Source: a virus
Length of the DNA stretch: 64,000 nucleotides
IMG/VR virus record: IMGVR_UViG_3300045988_176431
Coordinates: 64,001-128,000 of that record
Strand: one strand, 5' to 3'
Shown: positions 9,354 to 18,818 of the stretch, one piece after another
How the letters are laid out: each line of letters begins with the position of its first letter
Numbering within the stretch: position 1 is the first letter of the stretch
Made by a program: the position numbers and the translations under genes
Notes under the pieces: model-generated
The model's database searches: none
What the model saw: only the letters and a program-made list of their open reading frames with translations
What the model was told of the DNA's origin: nothing

Positions 9354-10103
9354 ATGAATATGAGTGTTTCTTATGTTAATATGATTCTGCAAGGAGGGAT
9401 TTATTACTTTGAATTAAATGAAGAAACAAAAAACAGACCGTTTTTGGTAATTTCAAAAGACAATGGATATGGAAAAGATGTTTTAGCATTTGTGATTACG
9501 GAACGATTTACTAGTACAGATGTATCACTTCCGATTGTACTAAATAATTATGTTTCTTTTATTCGTGTATCAGGCTCAAAAGAAGTTCCAAAATCAAAAA
9601 TTATAAATTCATCGTTTAATGGTGTTTTAATTCCAGATGTGTTTAATATAGCAATCCGAATGTATATGAGACGATTTGCTATCGTTAATGAAAAAGAATT
9701 GGAAAAAGATTTGAATGATTATTTGGATAAAATTGAGAAAGAGGGTCATTATTATTATCTAGACCGAAAGAAACGGTTTAGAAAAAAAGAATACCTGAGA
9801 AATCAATTATTTTTGGAAGATAGTAAGGCAAAAATTGTATTTCCTGAAAAAGAAGAGAACAATGTGAATATTTCAAAATCAAACACAATTAATGGACCTT
9901 TAGATGATGAGGTTATGAAAGATTTTACTTTAAAGCAATTATTTACAATAAAGAGAATGATACATGAGCAATCAAAGAAAGACATTCAAAAAAAGTATCT
10001 ATTGGATAATTGGAAGTGTGATTATATTTGTACCAATATCGAACGATTAATCACAAGGAAAAAACGTGGGGAAAATATGTATAAAAAGAAAAGAAAAAAA
10101 TGA
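9354..10103 (+). CDS. protein with an N-terminal PemK/MazF-like domain and a basic C-terminal extension
   Basis: GGIYYFELNEETKNRPFLVISKDNGYGKDVLAFVITERF resembles the PemK/MazF pattern GdIy.vdl......RP.lViS......v.v.piT. ATG 9354 follows AAGGAAAGGTAGG. Confidence 0.4.
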   Translation: MNMSVSYVNMILQGGIYYFELNEETKNRPFLVISKDNGYGKDVLAFVITERFTSTDVSLPIVLNNYVSFIRVSGSKEVPKSKIINSSFNGVLIPDVFNIAIRMYMRRFAIVNEKELEKDLNDYLDKIEKEGHYYYLDRKKRFRKKEYLRNQLFLEDSKAKIVFPEKEENNVNISKSNTINGPLDDEVMKDFTLKQLFTIKRMIHEQSKKDIQKKYLLDNWKCDYICTNIERLITRKKRGENMYKKKRKK

Positions 10104-10118
10104 TTGGAGGATATAGTT

Positions 10119-12771
10119 TTGCCAGAAATACAAAAATATAACTTAAAAGATGAGTTAAAGGCTGCTGATGAGGAATATAAAAATTCAACAGCCCTTGTTG
10201 GTATGTCGGCATTAACTGAACCAAGATATACAAACTCAACAAGAACTCAAATGTTTACAAGTCATTTGAAACAGTTTTTGAATCTCATTCAACCGGAATT
10301 TCCAAGGGTGTTTACAAATGCAGAAAACGTAGTAGGAAAACATTCTTCTGCATATTACAAAACTAAAAATGACTTAGAAATTATTGAAAAGATTGAAAAG
10401 TATGGAGACATCTTAGAAGTGCCTTACATATATCATTTATTTGTATTTGACAAAAAGAAAAAACGTTATCGTGTTATTACACGAAAAGAAGTAGAAGAAA
10501 ATCTGACAGAGGATTTTGGTTATCATATGAATAATGAAGAGATTGACAGTTTTAAAGAAGGAGATATCATCCCAAAAGGAGATATTCTTTATAAGTCGAA
10601 TTCATATGATGAATCTATGAATTATCGTTATGGAGTAAATGCAACAGTACAGTATGTATTAAATCCATATACATCAGAAGATGCTGCTGATGTATCAGAA
10701 TCTTTTGCAAAGAAAATGACAACTTTGAAAGTGAAGAAAATTCCTTGGGGATTAAATAACAATGATATTCCTCTTAATTTATTTGGAGATGATGATGAAT
10801 ATAAGCCATATCCAGATATTGGAGAACCAGCATGTGGAATCTTTGGATGTTCAAGACCTCAATATAATGATCAGTTGTTGTTTGATTTTAAAGATTCAAA
10901 TTTAAGAACGATTAAAGATTCAGACCGTCCAGTATCATATCCAGGAAAAGGATTTATTGTCGATTATGAGATTTATTGTAATAATCCAGACATTGAAGAG
11001 AATTCTTTTAATAGTCAGATTATGACGTATTTAAAATCTCAGACAAAATACTGGAAAAAGATTTATAAAACAACAAAGAAGATTATTAATTCTGGTTATG
11101 ATTATGACAGAGAAATTGATTATCTTTATAAACGTGCAGATGAGTTTTTAGATGAAGATAAAAAATGGAAAGACGATTCTGTATTTGGTAACTTAAAAAT
11201 TGTAGCAACGATTGCAGAATATATTCCATTAAGGAAGGGGCATAAATTTACTGGTTAACATAACAGCCAGTCATATTAGGCGACTAATATGTTACAAACT
11301 CCATGAATTGCGGGGAACTCTCGTTAGGTTCTAGTTACTAAACTAAGATAGTGATATACTTAGTGGCAAAGGGTAACTCCTAAGGTATAGTAAAAAGACT
11401 AGAAATAGAGACAATCGACGCAGGGAAGTATCTTAATAATATAAGATATGACTTCAACGACTATCGAAAGTATAGGTTAAGAGAAATACTTAACTGAATA
11501 AACGAGTAGAGTAGACCAGAAGTCTGGGTGCACGAAATTGGTGCTTTACGAAGTGTGGAGCTCTTTATATTTGGTGACAGAATATAAAGATGAAGATATA
11601 GTCTAATCTATACTGAGAAGTATAGCTGTATAAAAACAGATATAAGTGTAACGAACTTATATGAATAATCATGCGTTATGGAAACAAATCTGTTGTTTCA
11701 CGAGTATTACCCGATAAAGATATGCCTCATACAAAAGATGGAAAAACTGTTGACGTTCGATTAAACTTATTAGCCATTATCAACCGTACAACAGGGTTTG
11801 TTCCTCATGAGTTATTTATTAACTTCATTTGTGATAGAGCAAGGGAGCAAATGAAAAAAGCAACTACGTTGAAAGAAAAAGAAAATATACTCTTTTCAAT
11901 CATTAAAGATTTGAATGAAAAACAGTATAAAAGTATGTATGCTTATTATAAAGATTTGAAAGATACAAAATTGAAAAAAGAATACATTGATGATTGTATT
12001 TATGAAGGTATCTTTATTCATCAGAATCCTGTTTCTGAAGATGAACCAATTCTTTATAAATTACAAAAGATGACAAAGAAATATAATTGGTTGGAACCTT
12101 ATCAGTTATATGTAACAATCGATGGTCACGAGATTCCTCAGATGATAAAAACTTACATGGGTGAGATGTACATGATTCGATTGAAACAAACTGACCAAAA
12201 GAATTTCTCGGTACGAAATACAGGAGCAATTAATACAAAAGAATTACCAGAACGAAGCTATAAGAATCGAAATCATCAGGATTTATATTCAGATAAAGCA
12301 ATTCGTTTTGGTGAGTATGAAACTCTTGCTATTATGACAGGTCTTTCAGAAGAAGAACTTGCTCTTTTCCATGCCTATTATCGTACTTCTATTAAAGGTA
12401 GAAAAGATGTGATTTCTCATATCTTTGAACCAGAAAAGAAATTAAGTGAAATTGATTCTTCACTTACAAATCGAACAGCAGAACTTTTTAATGTTATCTT
12501 TAAAGCATTATCAAATGAAATTGAATTTATTGATAGTGATAATATCGTAAAATCAATGGATAATATTCATGTTCAAGAATACACATATCATGGACAAACA
12601 TATTTCATGACAGAATATGAATTTTATCTATTTAAATTAGAAGATGAATTAAAAGAGAAGATTCTGTTAGAAACTCCTGGTTTAACAGATGAAGAATTAG
12701 ATGAGAGATTACATGAAGAATTAAAAGCATCTAAGAGAATTATGGGTGAACCTGTAAAAGATATGAAATAA
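10119..12771 (+). CDS. multisubunit RNA polymerase beta-like subunit, C-terminal half (exons 10119-11255 and 11674-12771)
   Basis: The splice joins ...RKGHKFTG|RYGNKSVVSRVLPDKDMPHTKDGKTVDVRLNLLAIINR. This equals bacterial beta K.aGRHGNKGVvS...MP...dG...D..LNPLGVPSRMN. TTG 10119 lies 8 nt after GGAGG. Confidence 0.85.
11256..11673 (+). mobile_element. group I intron 2 (418 nt, ORF-less, extended P1-P2 variant)
   Basis: P1 is exon ACTGGT paired with IGS GCCAGT, with a terminal U-G. The same P/Q/R/S core is present. The 3' splice site after G11673 gives an exact G|RYGNK junction. Confidence 0.85.
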
Positions 12772-12780
12772 AAAAAGATA

Positions 12781-12819
12781 AAAGAAGAAGAGATATTTTG
12801 TATCTCTTCTTCTTTTTTT
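12781..12819. terminator. bidirectional terminator between convergent genes
   Basis: AAAGAAGAAGAGATA / TATCTCTTCTTCTTT stem flanked by A and T runs. Confidence 0.65.
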
Positions 12820-13231
12820 ATCCTGCACGTTTTTTCTTATCATACATTTCTTTATATTTATTTGGTTTTCTTTCTTCTAGTTTTTCATAACGACCTGGTT
12901 GCTGTTTTGCAACTTTTTGACCTTTACGTTTTTTAAGATTCTGTCTGATAGAATCTTTTGGATACTTAGATGCTTCTTTTCCAACAGAAACAGTATCTCT
13001 TTTTTTATATTTGTCCACTTTATCATAATCAGTAAATACTTTATCTACATTATTCCATTGCTCTTTGTTATATTCATTACCAAGTAAATTACTTATTTTT
13101 TTATTCTTTACTTTTTTCATGTCATGATTGAATTCATTTACTGATTTTTCATATTTTTTATGATTTTCTTTGGCGAAACGAGTTGCTTCATATAAAAAAC
13201 AAAAGATTTCATCTCTTTGTTCACGTAACAT
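12818..13231 (-). CDS. hypothetical basic (Lys-rich) protein (137 aa)
   Basis: Track ORF on the minus strand with GTGAGGTAG SD-like upstream of the ATG. The + strand ORF 12899-13087 inside it is judged spurious. Confidence 0.5.
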   Translation of the reverse strand: MLREQRDEIFCFLYEATRFAKENHKKYEKSVNEFNHDMKKVKNKKISNLLGNEYNKEQWNNVDKVFTDYDKVDKYKKRDTVSVGKEASKYPKDSIRQNLKKRKGQKVAKQQPGRYEKLEERKPNKYKEMYDKKKRAG

Positions 13232-13335
13232 AATTTCTACCTCACTTTCATAAGTTTTTTAAGATTATACTTATAATTATGTATATATTTAGTAAAAAAA
13301 CAAAGTTATAATCAAAAATAGAAAGATGGTGAATT

Positions 13336-14571
13336 ATGATGGAACAAAGACCACATGAAGTAAAATATGTTACTATGATGGGAAGTGCGGCTCATACTTA
13401 TGGGAATGCACTTGCAACAGTACAAAATTGGGTAATGAATTTATTCCCAGAAAAAACATTTAAAACAATTCATGTTAATTCACGTATTACACATAGACAG
13501 ATGCTTAGTACACCTCATGAGTTTTTGAAGAAATCAAAACCTATGATTATTTTTCGTCCTAGAATTAGTTATGATGAAGACAGGTTTTTAAATCATACAT
13601 TATTAACTGAACGACAAGGTGATATTTATAACGCAGGTGCTTATACCGATTTACAGCCATTCTTTCAAGATAATCAAAGTAAGATTGCTTGTAAATATAC
13701 ATTAAATCGATATGTGATGTATGTGGATGTTGTAATGATATTTAACACATTAATTCAACAAATTAACTATATTCATTTTTTGAAGAATGCAACAAGAATT
13801 GGTATTCCATTTGATATTGAAACTTTTTTAGAGAGTTACATTTCAACTGATATGATGAAAATGATTTCTAAACTTTCAGGTATACCGATTGTATCAGAGG
13901 ATGGTAATACGAAAGACTTTTTGGATTATATGAATACAAATTCTGAATATCCAGTTACTTATAAATTACAAGGAAGTTCTGGTACCGATGAGTATTATCG
14001 ATATTATCCTGCTAAGATTCTTACTACAATTTCAGATATCTCAGCAGATGATGGAGAACGAGTTGGACAAATTACAAATGCTTATCAATGTTCTTTTACA
14101 ATGAAATTAGAATTCTTTGGTACAGGATTTTATTATTTATTCTCAGATAAAATTCATGATTTACCAAAATTTAAAATACCAGATGATTCTACTTTGATTC
14201 CAATCTTTACAGATGTTCTTTTGGAAGAAGATTTATGTCTAGCACCAGGATGGAAAGTATACAATCATTTTTCTTGTCAATTAGATAAAGAATATGATAA
14301 TGTTGATTTTGAAGGAACTTTAAATACTTCTATAAGAGAAGCTGTTCAGTTTCATTTAAAAACAGGAAGACCATTAGTTGATTTAATTGACATAAAGGTT
14401 AGACGTCAAGGTAATTTATTACAGAATATGAAAGATTATACGATTGATTGGGAACATTTTAAAATCAATTTCAATAATAAAAGCTATGGATTCTTTACTT
14501 ACAAAGTAATTGTGTCAATTAATGTATTATACATTAATGAATTAATTAAAGAAATCTATAAGTTAAAATAA
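13336..14571 (+). CDS. hypothetical protein (411 aa)
   Basis: Long ORF with GAAAGATGGTG upstream. No motif recognised. Confidence 0.55.
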   Translation: MMEQRPHEVKYVTMMGSAAHTYGNALATVQNWVMNLFPEKTFKTIHVNSRITHRQMLSTPHEFLKKSKPMIIFRPRISYDEDRFLNHTLLTERQGDIYNAGAYTDLQPFFQDNQSKIACKYTLNRYVMYVDVVMIFNTLIQQINYIHFLKNATRIGIPFDIETFLESYISTDMMKMISKLSGIPIVSEDGNTKDFLDYMNTNSEYPVTYKLQGSSGTDEYYRYYPAKILTTISDISADDGERVGQITNAYQCSFTMKLEFFGTGFYYLFSDKIHDLPKFKIPDDSTLIPIFTDVLLEEDLCLAPGWKVYNHFSCQLDKEYDNVDFEGTLNTSIREAVQFHLKTGRPLVDLIDIKVRRQGNLLQNMKDYTIDWEHFKINFNNKSYGFFTYKVIVSINVLYINELIKEIYKLK

Positions 14572-14577
14572 AAAAAT

Positions 14578-14613
14578 AAGGTAGTATGGTTTTTCCATAC
14601 TACCTTATTTTTA
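14578..14613 (+). terminator. rho-independent terminator
   Basis: AAGGTAGTATGG / CCATACTACCTT stem followed by ATTTTT. Confidence 0.65.
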
Positions 14614-14621
14614 TGACGGAT

Positions 14622-14660
14622 AAAGAACCACAAGGAGGGACAAGTTCCTTGTGGTTCTTT
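14622..14660 (+). other. second strong hairpin (15-bp stem) directly after the terminator
   Basis: AAAGAACCACAAGGA-gggacaagt-TCCTTGTGGTTCTTT, with no T tract. Confidence 0.4.
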
Positions 14661-14937
14661 CTCGAATATATAGTCAACATGTAATCATGATGTATACAAT
14701 TTACAGTGTGTCTGTCGTCGTAATCGATAAAATTTGCAAAGTTTTAAAAACATAATCAACAAAAAAGAGGAGTTTATCATTATCAGTCAAAAAAAACATC
14801 AGCATTTGAAAACCAAGCTTCTGTATACATATGATTTACATGAGTTTAGCCATTCATAAATCAAATTTTAAATTAATGTTAAAAAAAATAAAAGTAAAAA
14901 CTAAAATATAATTTATAAAGAAAGGATAAATAGTTTT

Positions 14938-17511
14938 ATGTGGATAAAGTATATTTGTCTTGAAAATTTTAAGAATATTAAAACAGGCTTAAAAGCCAAT
15001 CGATTAGAAATTGATTTTTCAAAAAGAGAAAATGTGATTTGTTTATTAACAGGTCCAAATGGAATGGGAAAAACATCACTTCTTAGTTGTTTAACTCCAT
15101 TTGCAACATTAGGAAATTTAGATATTAGAGATGGAAATCAATTAATTATAGAGAAAAAACCTGGATATAAAAGAATTATTATTATGAATGGTCCAGATGA
15201 AATTGATATTGAACATTTCTATTCTGTAAATAAAGAAACCCATTCAGTGAAATCTTATATAAAATTAAATGGAAAAGAATTAAATCCAAATGGTAATGTG
15301 ACATCATTTAAGAACGTTGTGTATGAATTGTTACATATTGATTTAGATTATGTGCGATTAATTCGTTTAGGGGATAATGTAAGCAATTTAATTCAATTAA
15401 AAACAAGTGAACGTAAAAAGTTTATGTCAAAGATGTTACCAAGTGTAGATAATTACTTAAAGTTATACACAAAGCTTTCAGCAGATGTTCGTGATTTAAA
15501 AGTAGTAATGTCACATATTACGGATAATATAAATAAATTAAATATCAAAGATGAAGAAGAATATCAGAAAAAAATGAATGAAATTGATGATGCAATTTCT
15601 TATTATGAAAAGAATATTAATGAAGTAACAGAAGAAATTTATAAATTAACTTATGATATTGAGTCTTTATCTTTAGATTTAGAATATCGAGATGAATTGA
15701 GAAAGTTAAGAAAAAAAGAATCAAGATATCGTTTACTTTTAGAAGATAAAGATTCGTTAAAAGATATTGATACTTTGAAAAAAGAAATTGAGTCTTTATC
15801 TCAGATGATTTTAAAACTTAAATCAGAGATTGAATTCTCAGATCGAGAATATGATATGAAGCTAAATCAATTGGATGATAATAAGAAAGAAATTTCTGAA
15901 TTATCTTATCAGATTGATATAGAGGTACAAAATAGTAATCTCTTATCTTTGAGAGATTACTTAAAAGAACTATTAGAAAAAGAACAAAAAACAAAAGCTG
16001 TTACTCTTCCTTTTGAAATAAATTTTACAAAAGAAGAGTTAGATGATTTTGTTGTTGACTTGAAAAATATTCAGAGAGATTTAAATATTACTTATGAATT
16101 TGGTAAAGGACCAATCACTGAAGTAATTGACTTAATGGAAAAAGATGTTAATATAAGTGATTTTGTTACTGCTAATTTACTTGCTTTAGAAAATAAAAGA
16201 GAGAAAAGTAACAGAACTTATCTTGATTCACTCATTACAAAATATGAAAAAAAGAAAATACCAGATTGTAAAGAATCTTGTATTTTTAGAGATTTATATA
16301 TGGACGTAATGAGAGTAAAAGAAATTAAGTCAGTAGAAACTTCAAATAAATCACCGGAGTATTATCAAATCGTAAAGGTAGTACATGAAAATCTACTTAG
16401 TATTATTGAAAGACTTTCTGAGTTATCTGGGTTTATTAAAAAACTCCCAGCAGAATATCAGAGTATGTTTATAAAAAAGAAAGTCTTTAAATCAATTAAG
16501 AAATGTGAAATGATTTACAAAGATGAAAAGATTAATGAATTGATGAGTATTGTAGCAGAATATTCATATTATATTAAACTGAATCAGGAGATTGAAACAA
16601 CTCAGAAAAACATTGAATCTGAAGAACAAAAATCAAACTTACCATTTTTGGTAAAACAAAAAGAAAAATTAGAAGATAAGAATCAAACATTGATAGATGA
16701 AATTGAAGCATTAAAAGAAAAGATGAATTCTTTATCAAAAGAATTAAAAGAAAAAGAAGAAGAGTTAGAACTCTCAAAAGATAGTATTGGTGCAATTGAA
16801 AACTATACAACAATCAAAGATGATATGATTGAATTAGAAGAAAAGGCTATGAAATATGAGGAATGGTCTAAAGAAAGATTAGAAAAAGAAAAAAAGAAAA
16901 ATGTATTAACTCATGAAAAAACTTTTATGATTAATAACAAAAATCAATATGATATGAATTTCCAAGAGTTTAAGAAACTAACAAAGGAACTTAGAAAATG
17001 TAGAGAGATGTATGATGATTATTTACTCATTCGTTCTGCAACTTCTACAAAAGAAGGAATTCCTTTATTACATATTCAGATGTATTTAAAAGATACAAAA
17101 GAATTGGTAAATGAACTTCTTGACATTGTATATGACGGAAAAATATATATTGATGATTTTTCGATTACAGGAGATGAATTTAAGATTCCATTTATTAAAG
17201 AAGGAACAGAAATACCAGATATATCATTTGCATCTCAAGGTGAAAAAAGTTTCTTAAATATGGCAATTAGTTTTGCCTTATCCATTCAGAATTTAACGGA
17301 ATATAATATTCCGTTATTAGATGAAGTAGATGCAACTTTTGACCAAGAGAATCGAGAAAAAGCAATTGCTATTATTGAACGACAAAATGAAATCATTCAA
17401 TCTGAACAGACATTCATTATTAGTCACAATAATATGTATAATCAGTATCCTGTTGATGTAATTGACTTTTCCGATTTAAAATCTAGTAAGTTTGATATTA
17501 AATTAAATTAA
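14938..17511 (+). CDS. Rad50/SbcC-like SMC-family ATPase
   Basis: N-terminal Walker A LLTGPNGMGKTSLL, a long Lys/Glu coiled-coil middle, the signature SQGEKSFLNMAISFAL, and Walker B/D-loop PLLDEVDATFD. Confidence 0.75.
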   Translation: MWIKYICLENFKNIKTGLKANRLEIDFSKRENVICLLTGPNGMGKTSLLSCLTPFATLGNLDIRDGNQLIIEKKPGYKRIIIMNGPDEIDIEHFYSVNKETHSVKSYIKLNGKELNPNGNVTSFKNVVYELLHIDLDYVRLIRLGDNVSNLIQLKTSERKKFMSKMLPSVDNYLKLYTKLSADVRDLKVVMSHITDNINKLNIKDEEEYQKKMNEIDDAISYYEKNINEVTEEIYKLTYDIESLSLDLEYRDELRKLRKKESRYRLLLEDKDSLKDIDTLKKEIESLSQMILKLKSEIEFSDREYDMKLNQLDDNKKEISELSYQIDIEVQNSNLLSLRDYLKELLEKEQKTKAVTLPFEINFTKEELDDFVVDLKNIQRDLNITYEFGKGPITEVIDLMEKDVNISDFVTANLLALENKREKSNRTYLDSLITKYEKKKIPDCKESCIFRDLYMDVMRVKEIKSVETSNKSPEYYQIVKVVHENLLSIIERLSELSGFIKKLPAEYQSMFIKKKVFKSIKKCEMIYKDEKINELMSIVAEYSYYIKLNQEIETTQKNIESEEQKSNLPFLVKQKEKLEDKNQTLIDEIEALKEKMNSLSKELKEKEEELELSKDSIGAIENYTTIKDDMIELEEKAMKYEEWSKERLEKEKKKNVLTHEKTFMINNKNQYDMNFQEFKKLTKELRKCREMYDDYLLIRSATSTKEGIPLLHIQMYLKDTKELVNELLDIVYDGKIYIDDFSITGDEFKIPFIKEGTEIPDISFASQGEKSFLNMAISFALSIQNLTEYNIPLLDEVDATFDQENREKAIAIIERQNEIIQSEQTFIISHNNMYNQYPVDVIDFSDLKSSKFDIKLN

Positions 17512-17516
17512 TAAAA

Positions 17517-17552
17517 AAAGAAGAGTATTATTAAAACTTAACTCTTCTTTTT
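17517..17552. terminator. terminator between convergent genes
   Basis: AAAGAAGAGT / ACTCTTCTTT stem followed by TT. Confidence 0.5.
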
Positions 17553-17573
17553 GTGTAGAGAGTGAAGATGATG

Positions 17574-17804
17574 TTACTCATCTTCACTCTCTACTTCTTC
17601 TTCCCGAATTATTTCATCTGGAATTTCTGGTTCGTCATCATCAATTATTTCATCTGGGATATTAATTTTTTCATTAATATCAGAATCAATTTCTTTTTCC
17701 TTTTCCATCTTTTCAACACTCTTCTGAGCATTTACTCCAATGATAATACCAGCAATTCCTGAAATAATACCTGAGATAATAGCAGCTTTATTTGTGTCTT
17801 TCAT
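17574..17804 (-). CDS. small membrane protein with an acidic tail (76 aa)
   Basis: One hydrophobic segment, AAIISGIISGIAGIIIGV, then a Glu/Asp/Ile-rich tail. AGAAAGGTGG RBS on the minus strand. The opposite-strand ORF 17562-17762 is low-complexity and judged spurious. Confidence 0.5.
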   Translation of the reverse strand: MKDTNKAAIISGIISGIAGIIIGVNAQKSVEKMEKEKEIDSDINEKINIPDEIIDDDEPEIPDEIIREEEVESEDE

Positions 17805-17923
17805 AATAGACCACCTTTCTGGTTTTATAAGAGTTTACCATCTCTATTATTTATTAGATTCACAAATATAGTATATAAATGATATATACAAAAATACTGA
17901 TTTTTTACACATAATATTTTATT

Positions 17924-17933
17924 TATATATTAT
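17924..17933 (+). promoter_or_regulatory. TATATATTAT motif, copy c
   Basis: Exact 10-mer in the divergent intergenic region, followed by T7 and the hairpin TTAATGGTA/TACCATTAA. Confidence 0.35.
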
Positions 17934-18020
17934 TTTTTTAGTCTAGTTAATGGTATAAAAAATAATACCATTAATGACAACATAATAACATAAAATTTTT
18001 TCAGAAAGTGAGGATGAAAT

Positions 18021-18740
18021 ATGTCAAAGGAAAAGAATCTGTTAATTCAGAAATGGGCAGAAGAAAATTTGAGGGACGATATTGAAGATAATAATACCGT
18101 CGCAGGAATTGCCATTCGAGAAATTAGTAATAAATTTCGTATGGTGTTTGGCTCAGAGAATACAGTATTAGCATTTTATGCGACTGTATATAATTCGATT
18201 ATGGAGGTATTACTTAGTAAGAGAGAGAAGAAAAGTGAATATGACATTAACATTGCTGATCGGTTTGTAATCGGTTATAGTGATGCAGAGGAAAACGATG
18301 ACGCTGAAAAAATGGGCTCATTTGTACCACATATCTTTGATTTAAATAGTGGTAAAAAGAGTTATGATAATGCTGAATCAAAAACAACATTAGAAGCATG
18401 TGTTGAATGGTCTAGTAAAAATATCAATGAATGTAGGGATATTATCAGTAAAATTTCATCAGTTGCTCTTAAGAACTTAAAAGATGAAATTGGTTTGAAT
18501 TTCGGACATGATGAAATTCCAATTCCACTCTTTGTTACGATTCATGAATGTCTGGTTGCTTATATGAAACTGAAACAGAAAGATTCTGGTGAATATGAGG
18601 AGTTCATCAATTTTGCTTCTTGTTTTGACATTTATTGTCGTATGAATGAAGAAAAAGAGCAGATGATCGAGTATAGTCCTACAGTTACGATGAAACTTAT
18701 GACAAAATCAGATTCCATCGCAACTTCAAAACATGAATAA
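18021..18740 (+). CDS. hypothetical protein (239 aa)
   Basis: AGTGAGGATG RBS. No motif recognised. Confidence 0.55.
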   Translation: MSKEKNLLIQKWAEENLRDDIEDNNTVAGIAIREISNKFRMVFGSENTVLAFYATVYNSIMEVLLSKREKKSEYDINIADRFVIGYSDAEENDDAEKMGSFVPHIFDLNSGKKSYDNAESKTTLEACVEWSSKNINECRDIISKISSVALKNLKDEIGLNFGHDEIPIPLFVTIHECLVAYMKLKQKDSGEYEEFINFASCFDIYCRMNEEKEQMIEYSPTVTMKLMTKSDSIATSKHE

Positions 18741-18749
18741 GAATAAGAT

Positions 18750-18786
18750 AGAAAGGTGTTATAATAAAATAGCACCTTTCTTTTTT
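18750..18786 (+). terminator. rho-independent terminator
   Basis: AGAAAGGTG / CACCTTTCT stem followed by T6. Confidence 0.65.
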
Positions 18787-18818
18787 ACTATAATATCATT
18801 AAAAGGGGGCTTTTAACT

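Noticed and set aside
14660-14705. AATATATAGTCAACATG at about 14662 as the 3' end (S element) of a thirteenth, degraded intron
   Set aside because: Only about 10 nt resemble the S element. No P, Q or R element lies upstream, and the position is intergenic, after two hairpins.
14770-14870. A small ORF behind AAGAGGAG at about 14767 in the 14661-14937 gap
   Set aside because: There is no ATG, GTG or TTG at a suitable distance. It would need an ATT start and give only 27 aa. It is left unannotated.
17562-17762. Plus-strand ORF 17562-17762
   Set aside because: It is low-complexity Phe/Ile/Asn sequence with no RBS. The opposite-strand ORF 17574-17804 has an RBS, a TM segment and a matching terminator.
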